From: Octopus bimaculoides
Lineage: Eukaryota
DNA: 64,000 nucleotides
Assembly: GCF_001194135.2 (NCBI RefSeq)
Contig: NC_068985.1
Location: forward strand, 21,900,126-21,964,125
Direction of reading: 5' to 3'
Positions 13,308 through 26,204 of this stretch are shown here, in pieces; position 1 is the stretch's first letter; each line of letters opens with the position of its first letter. The notes below the pieces were generated by a model. It searched no databases. It was not told the DNA's origin and saw only the letters and a list, made by a program, of their open reading frames with translations. The position numbers were made by a program, and so were the translations under genes.

Positions 13308-14434
13308 CTGGAAAAACAAACACAGTGCAGAGAGATAGATATAAGAGAGGAAGGGGGAAAAAAAGAAGAAAAAAAAAAATGAATGAAAGAGAGAGGGGGA
13401 GGGAGATAGTGTGTGTTTGTATGGGTGGTATTTTTTGTTGAATGAGCACTGATGTGGAAGACCAGTAACTAGTCTGCAGAGTTGATTTAGCCAGTAGGCA
13501 TCATGTTTACAGTAATGGAATTTCCCTAACCCTGACTATACTATCTCCCTCTTCCTCTTCCTTCTATGCCATCCAGCCAGCCATTGCCTTTTATTTATTT
13601 ATTATTTTTTTTTCCAGATGAAGAATTCTATTTTAATTTTGGTTTACTCCATCTCATTCCCATAATATTTTTTTAAAGTGGCACAGCAATCAACCAGAGA
13701 TCAATTTTAAATGGAAACAACTAAATTAAATAAACAGCCACCAGAACAAACATTATATTAACATTTTAGAGATCCTTTATATGTACTATAGGTAAAAAAA
13801 AAAAAAAAATCAAAAAAAGAAAAAGAAAAATAGTTACAAATAAAGAAAACAAAATGTGTAATAATAATAAAGACAGCAATAACTTAGTCATGAGGTCAAA
13901 TCTTGACCAGAGGTTACTTTCAATGGATTATCAAATATTACAACTTAATCATGAGTCATATTGCTTCCCCTTTCCCTCCCAACTCTTACTCACACACACA
14001 AACAAACATTCAAATACTAAATAACTAATCTATTTCTAATCTGTTCTTACAGCTGTTTATTCAATTCATACATGTTTATTGTGTAGTCAATCTACTTAGA
14101 GACATATGAAATAAAACATGAGGTGTTCACTTTCATTTTTATAAATGATATATACAAAATATATGGAGGTAATGCAGGCAGTCGAGGGTCAATAAAATTA
14201 ATATTAGTAATAAACTGGAAGTGATTAAATCGATAATGAACTCCCCACCCCCTGCTACCCCACTTCCTACAAAAATTGGTCTTGAGTTTGGTCAGAAGAA
14301 ATCAATGCCTTTAAAATCAAAGTCAAATGAGTCAAATCAAATGGAAGTAAAATATAAAAAGCAACAAATAACTTGAAAATGATGACTCAAACAAGGCTTA
14401 TTTGTGAAATCATTATTATTATTTAAATCATCAA

Positions 14435-14650
14435 GGCGGCGAGCTGGCAGAAACGTTAGCACGCCAAGTGAAATGCTTAGCGGTATTTCATCTGTCTTTA
14501 TGTTCTGAGTTCAAATTCCGCCGAGGTCAACTTTGCCTTTCATCCTTTCGGGGTTGATAAATTAAGTACCAGTTGCATACTGGGGTCGATCTAATCGACT
14601 GGTATCCTCCCCCAAAATTTCAGGCCTTGTGCCCAGTGTAGAAAAGATTA
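14435..14650 (+). mobile_element. SINE family B, young CpG-retaining copy
   Basis: GGCGGCGAGCTGGCAGAAACGTTAGC head, GAGTTCAAATTCC B-box, CTTTGCCTTTCATCCTTTCGGGGTTGATAAATTAAGTACCAG central domain (resembles the Meta/MESC domain, from memory). Confidence 0.92.
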
Positions 14651-14657
14651 TTTAGAT

Positions 14658-14900
14658 CATCATCATTAGCAGCAGCAGTGTTATCATTTATCAGCTGTCT
14701 TCTATACTGGCATGGGTTAGATGGTTTGACAGAATCTAATAAGTTGGAAGACTTAAGTTCTGCTCCAATGTCTGCTTTGGTACAGTTTCTAAAGCTGGAT
14801 GCCCTTCCTAATGCCGTCCTGTCTACAGAGTGTACTGGATACTTTTTTTGTTTTTGTGGCACCAATAATTGTGAGGTCTCTTTGCGGCTTGCAAGACTAA
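14658..14900 (-). mobile_element. RTE-LINE 3' tail fragment
   Basis: (CAT)n then ...GCATGGGTT...AGCTGGATGCCCTTCCTAATGCC..., the reverse complement of the RTE 3' end. Confidence 0.8.
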
Positions 14901-15029
14901 GGGCCAAAAGTGGCTCCTATAACTGAAGAAGAGAAAAGAGAAGCTGCGATGATTCTAGGTTGGGTGATGAGGAGGGATAGGGTAAGATGAAAGGCACTGC
15001 TTCATAGTTGTGAGAGCATGGTAACAGAG

Positions 15030-15232
15030 AGGTTTGAATTGTTAGCATACCAGACAAAATACTTAGCAGCATTTCATCCATTTTTACATTCTTAGCTCAA
15101 ATGCTATCTAAATCAAATTTGCCTTTCATCTTTTGGAGTCAATGATATAAGTACCAGATGAGCACTGGAGTCGATGTAATTGATTAGCCTTCTCCCCTAA
15201 AATTTCAGGCCTTGTGCTTATAAGAAAAAAAA
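15030..15232 (+). mobile_element. SINE family B, older copy
   Basis: TTGCCTTTCATC...ATAAGTACCAG...GGAGTCGAT...AAATTTCAGGCCTTGTG, colinear with the 14435 copy. Confidence 0.8.
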
Positions 15233-15277
15233 ATCCTCCTCCTCCTCCTCCTCCTCCTCATCATCATCATCATCACC

Positions 15278-15314
<37 letters not shown>

Positions 15315-16212
15315 TAATAATCACAAAAATGTTGGCACTCTAAACAGTAGAAAATACTTGGTAATATCATTTTGGCCATAAACAAGAAATTGGTTGTAGT
15401 CCCATAGATACAAACAAGTAAATATTAGTATTTCTTTTCATTTGTACAAAGTATTAATAAATGATTTTGACAGATCATTCAAAGAGCCCTACTTACTCCC
15501 CATCCATTTCTGGGTAATTTCCTCCTTGAAACTTCAACCCTAATTATCTTATTCTAAGTTGATTTGTCTTCCCCTCTGTCACTGTTATCATCAATCATCA
15601 GTCCTACACACTGACTCAGTTTGTTTTATCTATTAATCTCCACAAGCTCAGACCACTGCAGTTTCTTTCTTTCTTTCTTTTTTTTTAATAGTTGGCTATT
15701 CAATAATTCTTAATTCTTGTTGATACTGAATTCATTCCATTCTCTTTGTTCCTGCTGTATATTTGATGAAGCATATTCATTTGTTTAACTTCTTTTTCAG
15801 AAGTTAATACTGTTCTGCATCGTTTCTTGTCTGCTACCTTTTACTTGTAGGGAGATACCTCTAAGTGATTTTTTTCTTTTTGTGATCATTTGTTATATGA
15901 GCTATTTCTTTCTTAAGCCACTTTAATAACAGCAGCTATATTTGTTGTAATTGGTGTTCTTTGGCAGTAAACAAAACATTTTTTTCATAATGACTTGAAG
16001 AACTTGAAAAGTTAGAAATATAGCTGTATCTTTTAGAAACCTATAATGTACAATAATATTACTAACAGTCAAGTAGGAATATGTCTATACTATGTACATA
16101 TGTATAATAAACAAGACTACATTTCTGTAAAATGTCATCAGTACTTTAGCTCTACGATCTTCCACTAAATATAGAAAAGAAAATATTTTCTGTATCCAAC
16201 ATACACAAACGA

Positions 16213-16558
16213 GTCTATTTAATTAAAAATAGCCATCTACTGTGTATACATCAAGTATGATACTGTATCATACTTAAAGTATACACAATGCTGATAGGCC
16301 AGTTACTGCAGTATTTTTCCTGAGATAACATTTCTCATGGCCTTGTTAAGTTACAAATTCAATGATTATCAGAGAAGCCAAAATGCATCTGGCACTCTTG
16401 CTGGCCACTGATGGAATGAATTTCGTCTCTCTCTGATATTTTGTTTTAACACAACCAGTCCCTAAGAAACTATTAAATACTGCAGTAACTGACCTACTGA
16501 CAGTGTGTATACATTAAATATAATACATGGATGGCTCTTTTCTGTATACTTAAAAAGA
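16213..16558. repeat. Long inverted-repeat (foldback/MITE-like) element with an internal palindrome
   Basis: 16265-16316 and 16475-16526 are ungapped inverted repeats (43/52 identical, innermost 17 bp perfect); weaker inverted similarity extends to about 16213/16558; 16241-16287 is a near-perfect palindrome. Confidence 0.85.
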
Positions 16559-17129
16559 CAGAATGGCTCAGAACAGAACCTTCATGAACAACTATATTTT
16601 GTTTTGTCTTTTTTACATTAATTGTTAATTTATCCTATAGCTTTCATCAATGGTATATTCATGTATGAAATCCAGGACTTATTCTATTCCTGTATCTATA
16701 ATCCCATGTAGTTTACAGTTTCAGAGTATGACAATTCTGGTGTATATAATAAAGAAATCATATATCCAATATACCTAGTATCTCAAGTATAATATATCTG
16801 ACAAATGTAATACACAAAGCTTTACATATTTTATCTTCTTGTCATCGAATGTTACACATCTAATTCATATACTGCATACATATTGTAGCATATAATTTTT
16901 TTTTGAATAAAGCAAAAATTATTTTGTTGCCAATGATATTTTATTGACACAGGGTATTTACATATCAATACAAGCATTTTAGATTTTTAGTATAAAACAA
17001 GCAATTGCTTTCATGTTTAATATTAGTTTTACCAAACTAGTTTGGGTAAAGAGATTCTATAAACACAGATGTTATTTGTTGCTGTTGTTTGGCTCCATAT
17101 TAGTTTTTATCAAGCAGACTTCTATGATC

Positions 17130-17295
17130 AAACATGTTCCAGCTCTAACCATCCAGTTTTATTATTTATTTTATGGCATATCTAAGACTACATTATCTAT
17201 GGTGTCCTTTCTTTAAGACAATAATGTGTGGTTTGAGAGAAATATTTTGTCTGCTATTTCTAGTTTGTGGAGAAACTGTGTAGAGGCTCCTTCAT
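17130..17295 (+). mobile_element. Recurrent LINE-like 3'-end repeat (possibly CR1/L2 tail)
   Basis: Motif GCAGAC..TGATCAAA..TTCCAGC..ACCATCC..CTATTTCTAG recurs, decayed, at about 712-900(+), 5700-5915(-), 9610-9810(+) and 31495-31645(+). Family assignment is tentative. Confidence 0.5.
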
Positions 17296-17699
17296 TGGCA
17301 GTTATGCATAGTTTTCATTCCCAGTGGTGGATTGAGATTGGAAATTCATTGATTACGAGAGAAAAACACAATATGGCTAGAAGGGTTTATTTATGAACCA
17401 GCAAGCATAGCAGCAAATATTTACTTCTTATATAGTATGTGTATGTGTACTAACATATAAAGCACACGTGCATGCTAACATAAAAATATTAAGTGTTCAA
17501 CAGTTGGAAGCAAACATTTAAGTTAATTATTTCCAAACCTAATCTATAAATACTCTCTTAAACAATGAAAAATAGGTTTGAGTAATTTCTTATGTAAACA
17601 GGCAAACAGTGGAATCAATATATATACCAATAATGTCAATATTTGTTCACTGTAATAAATTGAGGAAAGAAACAAAATGAAGTAAAAAAAATTAACGTA

Positions 17700-17875
17700 T
17701 GAGTAAAGACAAAGCAGTAGCATGGCTAAGGAGATTGATATACAAACCCCCAGATTATTTTTGGGTTCAGTTCCATTGCATGGCATATGAGCAAGTGTCT
17801 TCTACCAATGTCTTTAGGTTAATCAATACATTGTAAATAGAATTTGGTAGATAGGAACTGTGCAGAATTCCCCTT
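17700..17875 (+). mobile_element. SINE family A, 5' half
   Basis: GGGTTCAGTTCCATTGCATGGCA...GCAAGTGTCTTCTAC...ATTTGGTAGA. Confidence 0.75.
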
Positions 17876-17911
17876 ATATGCTACTACTACTACTACTACT
17901 ACTACTGCTAT

Positions 17912-18050
17912 GCTGTCATCATCATTTTAACATCCACTTTTCCATGCTTGCATGTATCAAGAAGGAATTCATTAAGACAAATTTTCTACAGCTGGATGCC
18001 CTTCCTATCACCAATCCTCACCCGTTTCCAAGCAAGGTAATATTTTTATG
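17912..18050 (-). mobile_element. RTE-tail-related short element
   Basis: CATCATCATTTTAACATCCACTTTTCCATGC...ACAGCTGGATGCCCTTCCT. Confidence 0.7.
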
Positions 18051-18169
18051 GAAAAACGAGAAACAAAGGACTCCACAAATATGATGGCAATGCTCGTTTA
18101 TAACTATCCTTTGATGTCAAGACAAGGAATCACAATACACAGCCATACATACGTGCACACACACATACA

Positions 18170-18337
18170 CATACAATAGGTTTCTTCTAGTTTCTCTCTA
18201 CCAAATCTACTCTCCAAGTTTAGGTAATCTTGGGACTATAGAAGACACTTGCCCAAGGTACCATGCAGTGGAGCCGAATCTGAAACCACATGGTTGGGAA
18301 ATTAATTTCTTAAACTTGCAACCATGCCTGTGCCATG
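18170..18337 (-). mobile_element. SINE family A, 5' half
   Basis: CTACCAAATC...AGAAGACACTTGCCCAAGGTACCATGCAGTGG...ACCATGCCTGTGCC. Confidence 0.8.
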
Positions 18338-18559
18338 TTTATATCAACATGGGATGAACAAAAATTAGTACCATCAAACAAAAATACCTTTTGGCATTCA
18401 TAACCAGTTGAGTGATCTCCTCTTACACTAGAGTTCACTTTATATTTGAATCTTACAAGATCAATGAAATAAGTATTGGTCAAGTTGGGATTGATATTAA
18501 CTAAAGATTCTTGAAAGCAGTGCCCCAGCATGACTACATTCCAATCACTTGAAAGCTGT

Positions 18560-19280
18560 AAGAGACTATATGAAGAGAGAATCTAAAATTTACACTGATA
18601 AAATCATTTGGTTTCCAATTTTTAATAGAAGTATGGTTGAAGTGAAAATGGTTAAAAGAAATCTATAGAGACTTATAGATCATCATAAATCTTTAAGCTC
18701 TTTCAAGAGAATGAGAAAATTTAAAGATTAATTATACACAAATGTTCATTTTATTATGACTAAATAATCTTAAATTTTTATCTTTAGACTACAGAAACCA
18801 AGGTCATCTCCAAGAGAAATTATAAAATGAAGTGTGACAAGATTTATGGAAGTAAAATGTCTATGAGACACAAACTATAATAGAAGCAAGTTTAACCAAT
18901 CTACTTTTAGGTAATAATGAAATAAAAATGAAGCAAAATCTTAGTTGTTACAACAGAAATAGAATTATACACTTCTTTAATGCCAGGATAGTTTGGGATA
19001 TAAAACAGGGATACTCTTCAAAGTATAGAAGAAGGAAAATTAATACAATTTATTGATGACACAAAGTTTTACTCTCTGGCAGAATATCAAATGTACTCTT
19101 GCAATCTCATTATCTATATCTCATTGAGTCTTCACAAAGAGACAAAACAGTTTGGTTTGAGGCCAACATTGTAGTAAATATGAATTTTGGATGAGTTACA
19201 TATGGTTTTCAGTTTACATTTCAGTAAGAAAGAATGGGCCAATACCCATTTTGATGAAGCAATAATGAAATAAGAAAGAA
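18560..19280 (+). mobile_element. Highly decayed non-LTR reverse transcriptase relic
   Basis: Ordered motif remnants LIDHHKSL (about 18672; cf. FIDxKKAFD), DIKQGYSS (about 18997; cf. GIKQG) and QFIDDTKF (about 19049; cf. FADD), interrupted by stops and deletions. Confidence 0.5.
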
Positions 19281-20744
19281 TAAAGTTTGTTAATTTCAAC
19301 TGTATACACTTGTTGGTCTTTATGTATGTATGAGTTCAGATCCTGTTGAGGTCAGTAATGTCTTTCATCCTTTCAAAGGACAGTATCAATGGCATGCAAA
19401 GGAGAGATTTGAATGCATAGACAATTGCTTGTTTTTCATACAGAAAAAAAAAGAAAAAGAAAAAACTTTGCTCAGACTTGCACCATGAAGAAGAACTTTC
19501 CAGGTGTAGATCCATAATCACACAAAATCTATAAAAGTCAAGTGTGTGTGGGGGTTTACGACAAAAGTTGACACTATACTCATAACTTTGCCTCAGGCTG
19601 TGAACAGCCCAACCCAGGGTGAAACTCTGAGAAGATTCTCAACTTTTGATACAATAAGATATTTATCCACTCTACCCAATGTCATAAAGTTACATGGTAC
19701 TATATAACAAGGTCCTACTTAAATTTATAATAAGAAGCAGCTGTAACTGGGACCTGATTCATAGTCAAAGTCCTAATTTATGGAGCTCATGGTGTATAGT
19801 AAGCTAATGGGACATATTTCCTCAGAGGTGATACTTTTGTGGCTGTCACAGACTGCCATATTTTCAGATTACAGTATAAATAACCACTCTAAGACTGATA
19901 TGGAATTTCTTAAAACTAAAATCAGCTTCGCATGAAAATAAAAATAGCAGTAGAAAACAAATATTTCTGATACAACCATAGTAATACATATATTTCTGAG
20001 ATATTTCCAAATTGAAAAGTTCATATCTTATACTGGATGCATTCATTCTACTAAGGAAAATAGTAATTTGACTAAAGACAAGATAATCAATATCAGATTA
20101 GGAGTTACAGAACTGATATACAATAGAAGCTGAAAGAATATTTAAAAGGAAAAAGATAAAATGAAGGATCAAATAAGGATAATTGAAGATGACTAAAGAA
20201 ACAGACACAAAGAAAGAAAATACCTCACTGCAAACAACTACTTAAAATTGGATGGATTTAAACTTCCTAGATAAAAATAAAAATAAAATAAACGAATGAA
20301 CAATTATTCATGAGTAGATGGGAATATAAAATTTACATCCAACCACATGGTAGTCAACAAGCAATACTTAGAAGAAATACATTCTTGAGAAACCATTATC
20401 TCGATTTTCTTATATTTCATTACATTGGTATCTGTCTTGTCTTAATATCTATGTTTATGGAAATTATAACTTTGCAGCAGCATTTACAGCTATAACCATA
20501 GCAGCTAAGACGCAATAACCATAAAAAGAAATGGAGAATAGCTTGTGCTTTTCACAATATTTTTGAAACATCCTTTAGAAAGAGAAAATTTGGAAGACAC
20601 ACTAGAATACACTTGATATTGGAAAATCATGACAGATGATAGCAAAGTACTGATTATAAGGTCATAGGCTCAAAGTTTGCTACATGCATTGTCTTGATTG
20701 TGTTGGATTCTAAGGCAGAAGGCACACTACCATGACTGCCTTAA

Positions 20745-20965
20745 CTCTTTAGCATTTAAACCAACCATATCTGGTTCAAATATTCTACCTGTTTTATGTT
20801 CAAATTGGTTAGCTCCAGCTTCTCACACCTACCCTACAATATCATTCTAATAATAAACAAAAACAACATCAAAATATTGAAACAACAAGATAATGCATGA
20901 TTATTAATTGAAAACAATGTGAGTAAATAAGTATTACATTTCAGGGTAATCGGAATGCTAAAGAG
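20745..20965. mobile_element. piggyBac-type MITE, family 2
   Basis: TTAA|CTCTTTAGCATT ... AATGCTAAAGAG|TTAA: perfect 12-bp TIR with TTAA duplications. Confidence 0.9.
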
Positions 20966-23364
20966 TTAAACTGCCAAGCTACAAATGGACTGCCTTTCTT
21001 ACATCTTATTGAATAATGAGCATTTAGAAAGCACATGGTTGTTTCATAGCGAGATGATCTAAATAAAAATAGTCATATCGAAGTTGTTTCTTCACAATAT
21101 ACTAGCATAGAAAAATGGATGTAAGAAAAGAAAAAAAGATTACGGTATGTACATCATCATTTATAGATGATCTCTTATCATTTTGTTAATTTTTACACAA
21201 GGAAGGTTTATACAAAAGTAGTGAACTCCATTTTAATTTCAGCTTAAAGCTCAACAGAATTCTTTCTGCCTGTATATACGTATGTATGCACATATGTTTA
21301 GACATATGTATGTGAGTGTGCATGTTGTGTGTATATATGTGCATGTGTGTGTGTGTATATATGTATATGAATCTATGTATAGTATCTATATATACATATA
21401 TGTGTGTGTGTATATATATGATACATACACTACACTCACACACACACACCACACCACACACAAGATTTATTTACTCTGAGGGATGTAGAGGAAGTTTGAA
21501 GATGTCAAGCCATAACATCTTCAACATTTTTGCTATTATTTTCATAATGGCTTCTATCAATTTCAATCAGGAAATGTTAATGTTTATTACAAGAATGATG
21601 CAAATATATTTAGAGGAAGAGGTTCTAAGAATCATGGCACACATCAACATAACCTCTTATTCAGTATCAAATCAATCTGGAAAATATGATAAAAGGTAAA
21701 TACTTGACAAATTAAATGAAAAAAGAACTTTTTTTGTTTGTTAAAGAATAAATTCAGCAGACAATGGGAAGGAAAACAATCTGCACATACTTAAAGGATG
21801 ATATTTAAAAGTTGTAAGAAAGTATTGACTTCGACTCAACTGGAAGGTCATTCATTACCAGATATCATGAACAATTCCCCAATATTTGAATAGAATATTA
21901 TTTCCTTCAGCAGAGCCTTCTGTTAACAAAAGATTTATTAATTTTCATATTGTGTATGAATATATTAATCTCTTAGGAGTAGCAGAGAGATATAAAATAT
22001 TGAACATGAAATAACATCTATTTTTTTGTATTAATATTAAAATAAATCAATCGAGCATAACCCAAAGAATTAAATGTACTACTTATGTTAGAGAGAAAGA
22101 AATGGGGACTTTGTAAAATTTGTTTATAAGTAAATTCTACACAAACTAAAATCATTTGATGAAAATAATAATTTGATATAACATTTATTTATATATTTTT
22201 TCCTCTTCTTTCCCTGAAATACTTTGCAAAAGATTAACTCGAGAATTTATATAAAAATTAAACTAATATAGATTAAGTTGTTAGCAAGAGATGTGTTTTA
22301 TTTGTAGTTTGATGTTTTTCATACTGATGGTATTTTGAATTATTTAATTTCTATAGCGTTCTATTGTTCAACATTAACAATTGTACAATCTTGTACACTT
22401 ACTTTTATTATATTTGGGAAGAATTATAATAAATATTAACTCTTCCCAAATATAACTATATTGGTTTCAACTCATGGGTTCATATAAGAAATTCTTACAA
22501 AACAAATTAAAAATCAAAATACTTAGTGATTCTTTCATCATCACATTGCTAAGCGCTGTAAAGGCTGTGCTTCTTTGATGAGGTCAGAATAATATCAAAA
22601 TGTATCAGGAATAGTCTTCTGTATTAGTCATATTTATTTCTAGTTAGAGTTTCACTCCATGCATTAAATACATTAACATTAAATTAACTATATTGATTCT
22701 TCTTTCTAAGAACTTTTCATATATGAAACATGAACTTAAAATAATAAATTGATATAGTCTAATTGATTCAACTATGAAACTGATAAGTATGATTACAGTA
22801 AATGTACCATCCTCCCAGTTTGTTTATCATTGGAAGAAATATATTTTATTCTATATCTCAGTTGGTGAACAACAGCATCATTGATTACAGATTTCTGATG
22901 ATGAGAATGAAAAGGGATTGTCTCTGCCACTGGGGCAGAGCAAATACCACATAAAGAAATTTCTATTTGAAAATACTGATTTTCCCATTTTTTTTTTAAC
23001 TGATGGTTATATAGTTTGCCAATATATTGGTGAAAGCCATCCACATACCTCTACATGACAAGTTTTCACATGGTTTCCTACAACCAAATTCCACTAACAA
23101 GGTATTGATTAAATAAACTGCTGTTGAGAAACCAATTTATAAAGAAGCACTTTCGTAAGTTAAAAATTGGAAACTTGATAGAAATAGATGAATGCTTTCC
23201 TAAAGATGAAATTTATTCAGAAATAAAGGAAAAAGTGATCATTAAAGAATCATTTCTTAATTTATTGACAATATTCTAGTATTACTTGTATTTTGTAATA
23301 TGTATCAAAGAAGTTAAATTCACTGAAATGGGTGTATACAATAATATATGAAACAAACAATGTA

Positions 23365-23792
23365 TAAGAGCTTGCTTCCCGACTATGTGGTCTTGGGTTC
23401 AGTCCCACTGTACAACATCTTCAGCAAGTGTTTCTATGTATTATAGAGCCAAGCTGATCAAAGCCTTGTGAGTGGATTTGATAGATGGAAACTGAAAGAA
23501 GCTCATTGTGTATGTGTGTGTGTGTATGTGTGTGGCATGTGTGTGTGTACGTGCACATGTGTATGTGTGCACACATGTGTGCATGTGCATGTGTTTGTTG
23601 TGTTAGTTCTCCATTGTCACTTGATAACTGATGTTTGTTTATATCCTTGTAGCTTAGTGGTTTGGCAAAAGAATAAAAGAAAAGTAGCAAAAAAAAAAAA
23701 GTATTGGGGGGCAATCTATTTAACTAAATCCTTTTACGTGATGCCCCAGCATGGTCGCAGTCCAATGACTGAAACAAGTAAAAGATAAAAAT
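23365..23792 (+). mobile_element. SINE family A, near full length
   Basis: GCTTGCTTCCC...GGGTTCAGTCCCACTG...AAGCCTTGTGAGTGGATTTG...(TG)n...GATGCCCCAGCATGGTCGCAGTCCAATGACTGAAACAAGTAAAAG. Confidence 0.9.
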
Positions 23793-25564
23793 AACAAGCA
23801 AATAACTCAGTATTTTAAAATAATGCAAAAAAAGAAAATACAAATAAAAATAGTTTTAGAAACTGTTTGAAGAGAGTGAAATAACATAACAGTTTGGAAG
23901 AGTCGACATAACGGTTTGTAAAACTTTCTCATTAAGTCTGGATTATGAGTTAGCTCTTTTATCAAAAGTGAATATATTGGCATATTATCAAATAATCTAT
24001 CAAAACAACAAACCAGAATAATTTTGCTGTGGTTCATTCATGTGATAAATCCTCTAACATTATCCTATTAATTTTTGCTTAATTTGGTAGTCATATTTAA
24101 TTAGGGAAATATTTTAACAATATTTAAATTCTAAGAATGGTCTAAGAATCTAATTCCTTTTCAGAAATAAGGTCCTATTTTTCAAACGACTGACTTGAAA
24201 AATTTATTCAGTTCTCAAAGAATGTAGTAATATTTTTTGAGAATATGCATTAAATATTATAAATTTTTTTTTATAAAAATATTTCAAAGAGAAAATAAAT
24301 AACGTAAGTAAAAAAAATGCTTTGATGACATTTAATAGGGAAGAGAATAAAGAAAAAACAGATGAGATTTTAGTCATCTGGCTTGAGAAATCATTTAAGA
24401 AGAGATGAAAAAAATTAATGCAATATTTGATCTTTCAACTGAAAAAAGTATTAAAGAAAATATTGTCTACAAACACTTATCGCAGAAGAGTTGCACACAT
24501 AGAAATACAAACACACATGCACGCCTGCACACACACACACACACGTACTTTTAATATAATAGTTTATTTTCTCTAATGCATGTTTTGTTAGAAAATCAAA
24601 AATGCATGAATAGACACACATACAAAAGAATTCTACTCCCTAAAATGAATATAATCATGTGAAGGAATAAGATTAAAAGAGAATAAGGGATATGTTCTCA
24701 GCAGCTAAATAAACCAATGAATGCCAAAAGCTGATATGAGAATGGCATAAGGCAAAGGTGGATTCATCCAAGAAAGAGTTATACATTTAGTGTCTAAGCA
24801 GAATAGTGTCCAGTGTAAATGGTCATCTAATGGCTTGGCCAATTGTTTTATAGTATTATCTTAGGTTGGTTTATACTAAGAGCTATTGATATGCATACTT
24901 GATGCTATGTTCAGTGAAGAATGAAAGGATAAGAAGGGGACAATTCTAATCCGGTCAATAAAATTGAAGGTTCAGTGAACAGAATTATGTATAAAGCAAA
25001 TGAAAGAATAGTTGGGTGGAGTGAGGGACTAATGAGACACTAGTGTTGTAATAAAGATAGAGGAGACTTTGGCGTTTGATGCAAGCAGTTAGTCATACAT
25101 ACAGAAATGAGATTAGATTAGATATGAAAAAAGTCAGTCAAGCATAATAAATCCAATTTTATGTGTAGGCATTTTGGCTGAAAGAGAGAGAGTTTACGGG
25201 GTTAAGCTTAACATGTTTCATATTGAATGTATTAATGAGGTTCATAACGGAGAACTTGTTTCACAAGTTTGGGCAATATAAATAAATGCAGAAACATAAA
25301 CATGTGTGACTGCCTGAGCATGCATGCCTCCTACACCATTCACACACACATGCACGCACACACACACACACATTCACACATCTTTTGGCTATGATAAAAA
25401 AAAAAAAGAAGTATTATTCAAAGCACAATGCTGGCAAAGATGTCATGAGACGAAGCATGTCTAATGTTTATATGTAGATTTTGGCAACTCTGTGTATGTG
25501 TGTGTTCTCCAGTCTGTTTCAACCATCATGATCAAAGCTATGCTGTAAGTCTTTTATTTTTAAA

Positions 25565-25935
25565 CTTTTACTTGTTTCAGTTATTGGACTATGGCCATAC
25601 TGAGACACTGCTTTGAAGGGTTCAGTTGAACAAATTGATGCCAGCACTTATTTATTTTTTTTTAAAGTCTGATACTTATTCTAATTATCTCTTTGGCTGA
25701 AACCACTAAGATAGAGGAACATAAACAAACCAACACTGGTTGTCAAGGGATGATGGGAAACAAACACAAAGACACACATACCTACACACACAAATAGCTT
25801 CCATGCAATTTCTTTCTACTAAATTCACTCACAAATATTAGTTAGTCAGGGGTTATAGTAAAAGATACTTGCCCAAAATGTTGTGCAATGGACTGGACTC
25901 AAAACCACGAGGTTCAAAGCACATATCTACACACA
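25565..25935 (-). mobile_element. SINE family A, near full length
   Basis: CTTTTACTTGTTTCAG...GGCCATACTG...AAATTCACTCACAA...ACTTGCCCAA. Confidence 0.85.
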
Positions 25936-26204
25936 CACACACAAATTCATTTGAAGCTGAAACCTCAATCTCTTGCTACTCTAAGTTTTCTGTTTCCACC
26001 ACATTCCTTAGGTTGATTTAAAAGAATGTGATAATGATGGGTAAATTTGCCTAGCAACAGAGTAAAGCCATAGATTTGAATAAATGACCAAACTGTAGGT
26101 ATTGAGTACTTTTTCCTGTAGAAATAGTTATGTTGTTGGTCTCTCATACAGGAGTAGCTGGTGGACTCTGTGTGAAGGAGATTCACTACTGCCACTGTCT
26201 AAGC

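Noticed and set aside
14435-14525. tRNA genes at SINE heads (also 39011, 47623, 3050-3113)
   Set aside because: A/B-box-like motifs continue into SINE bodies, and no cloverleaf acceptor stem is evident.
21480-21700. Open frame ending at an AAG|GTAAAT donor
   Set aside because: The ORF starts in a microsatellite, has no convincing acceptor and no recognised homology.
22793-23044. Protein-looking ORF and the opposite-strand frame ISDDENEKGLSLPLGQSKYH
   Set aside because: No recognisable motif and no donor site; cannot be separated from chance or very old TE sequence.
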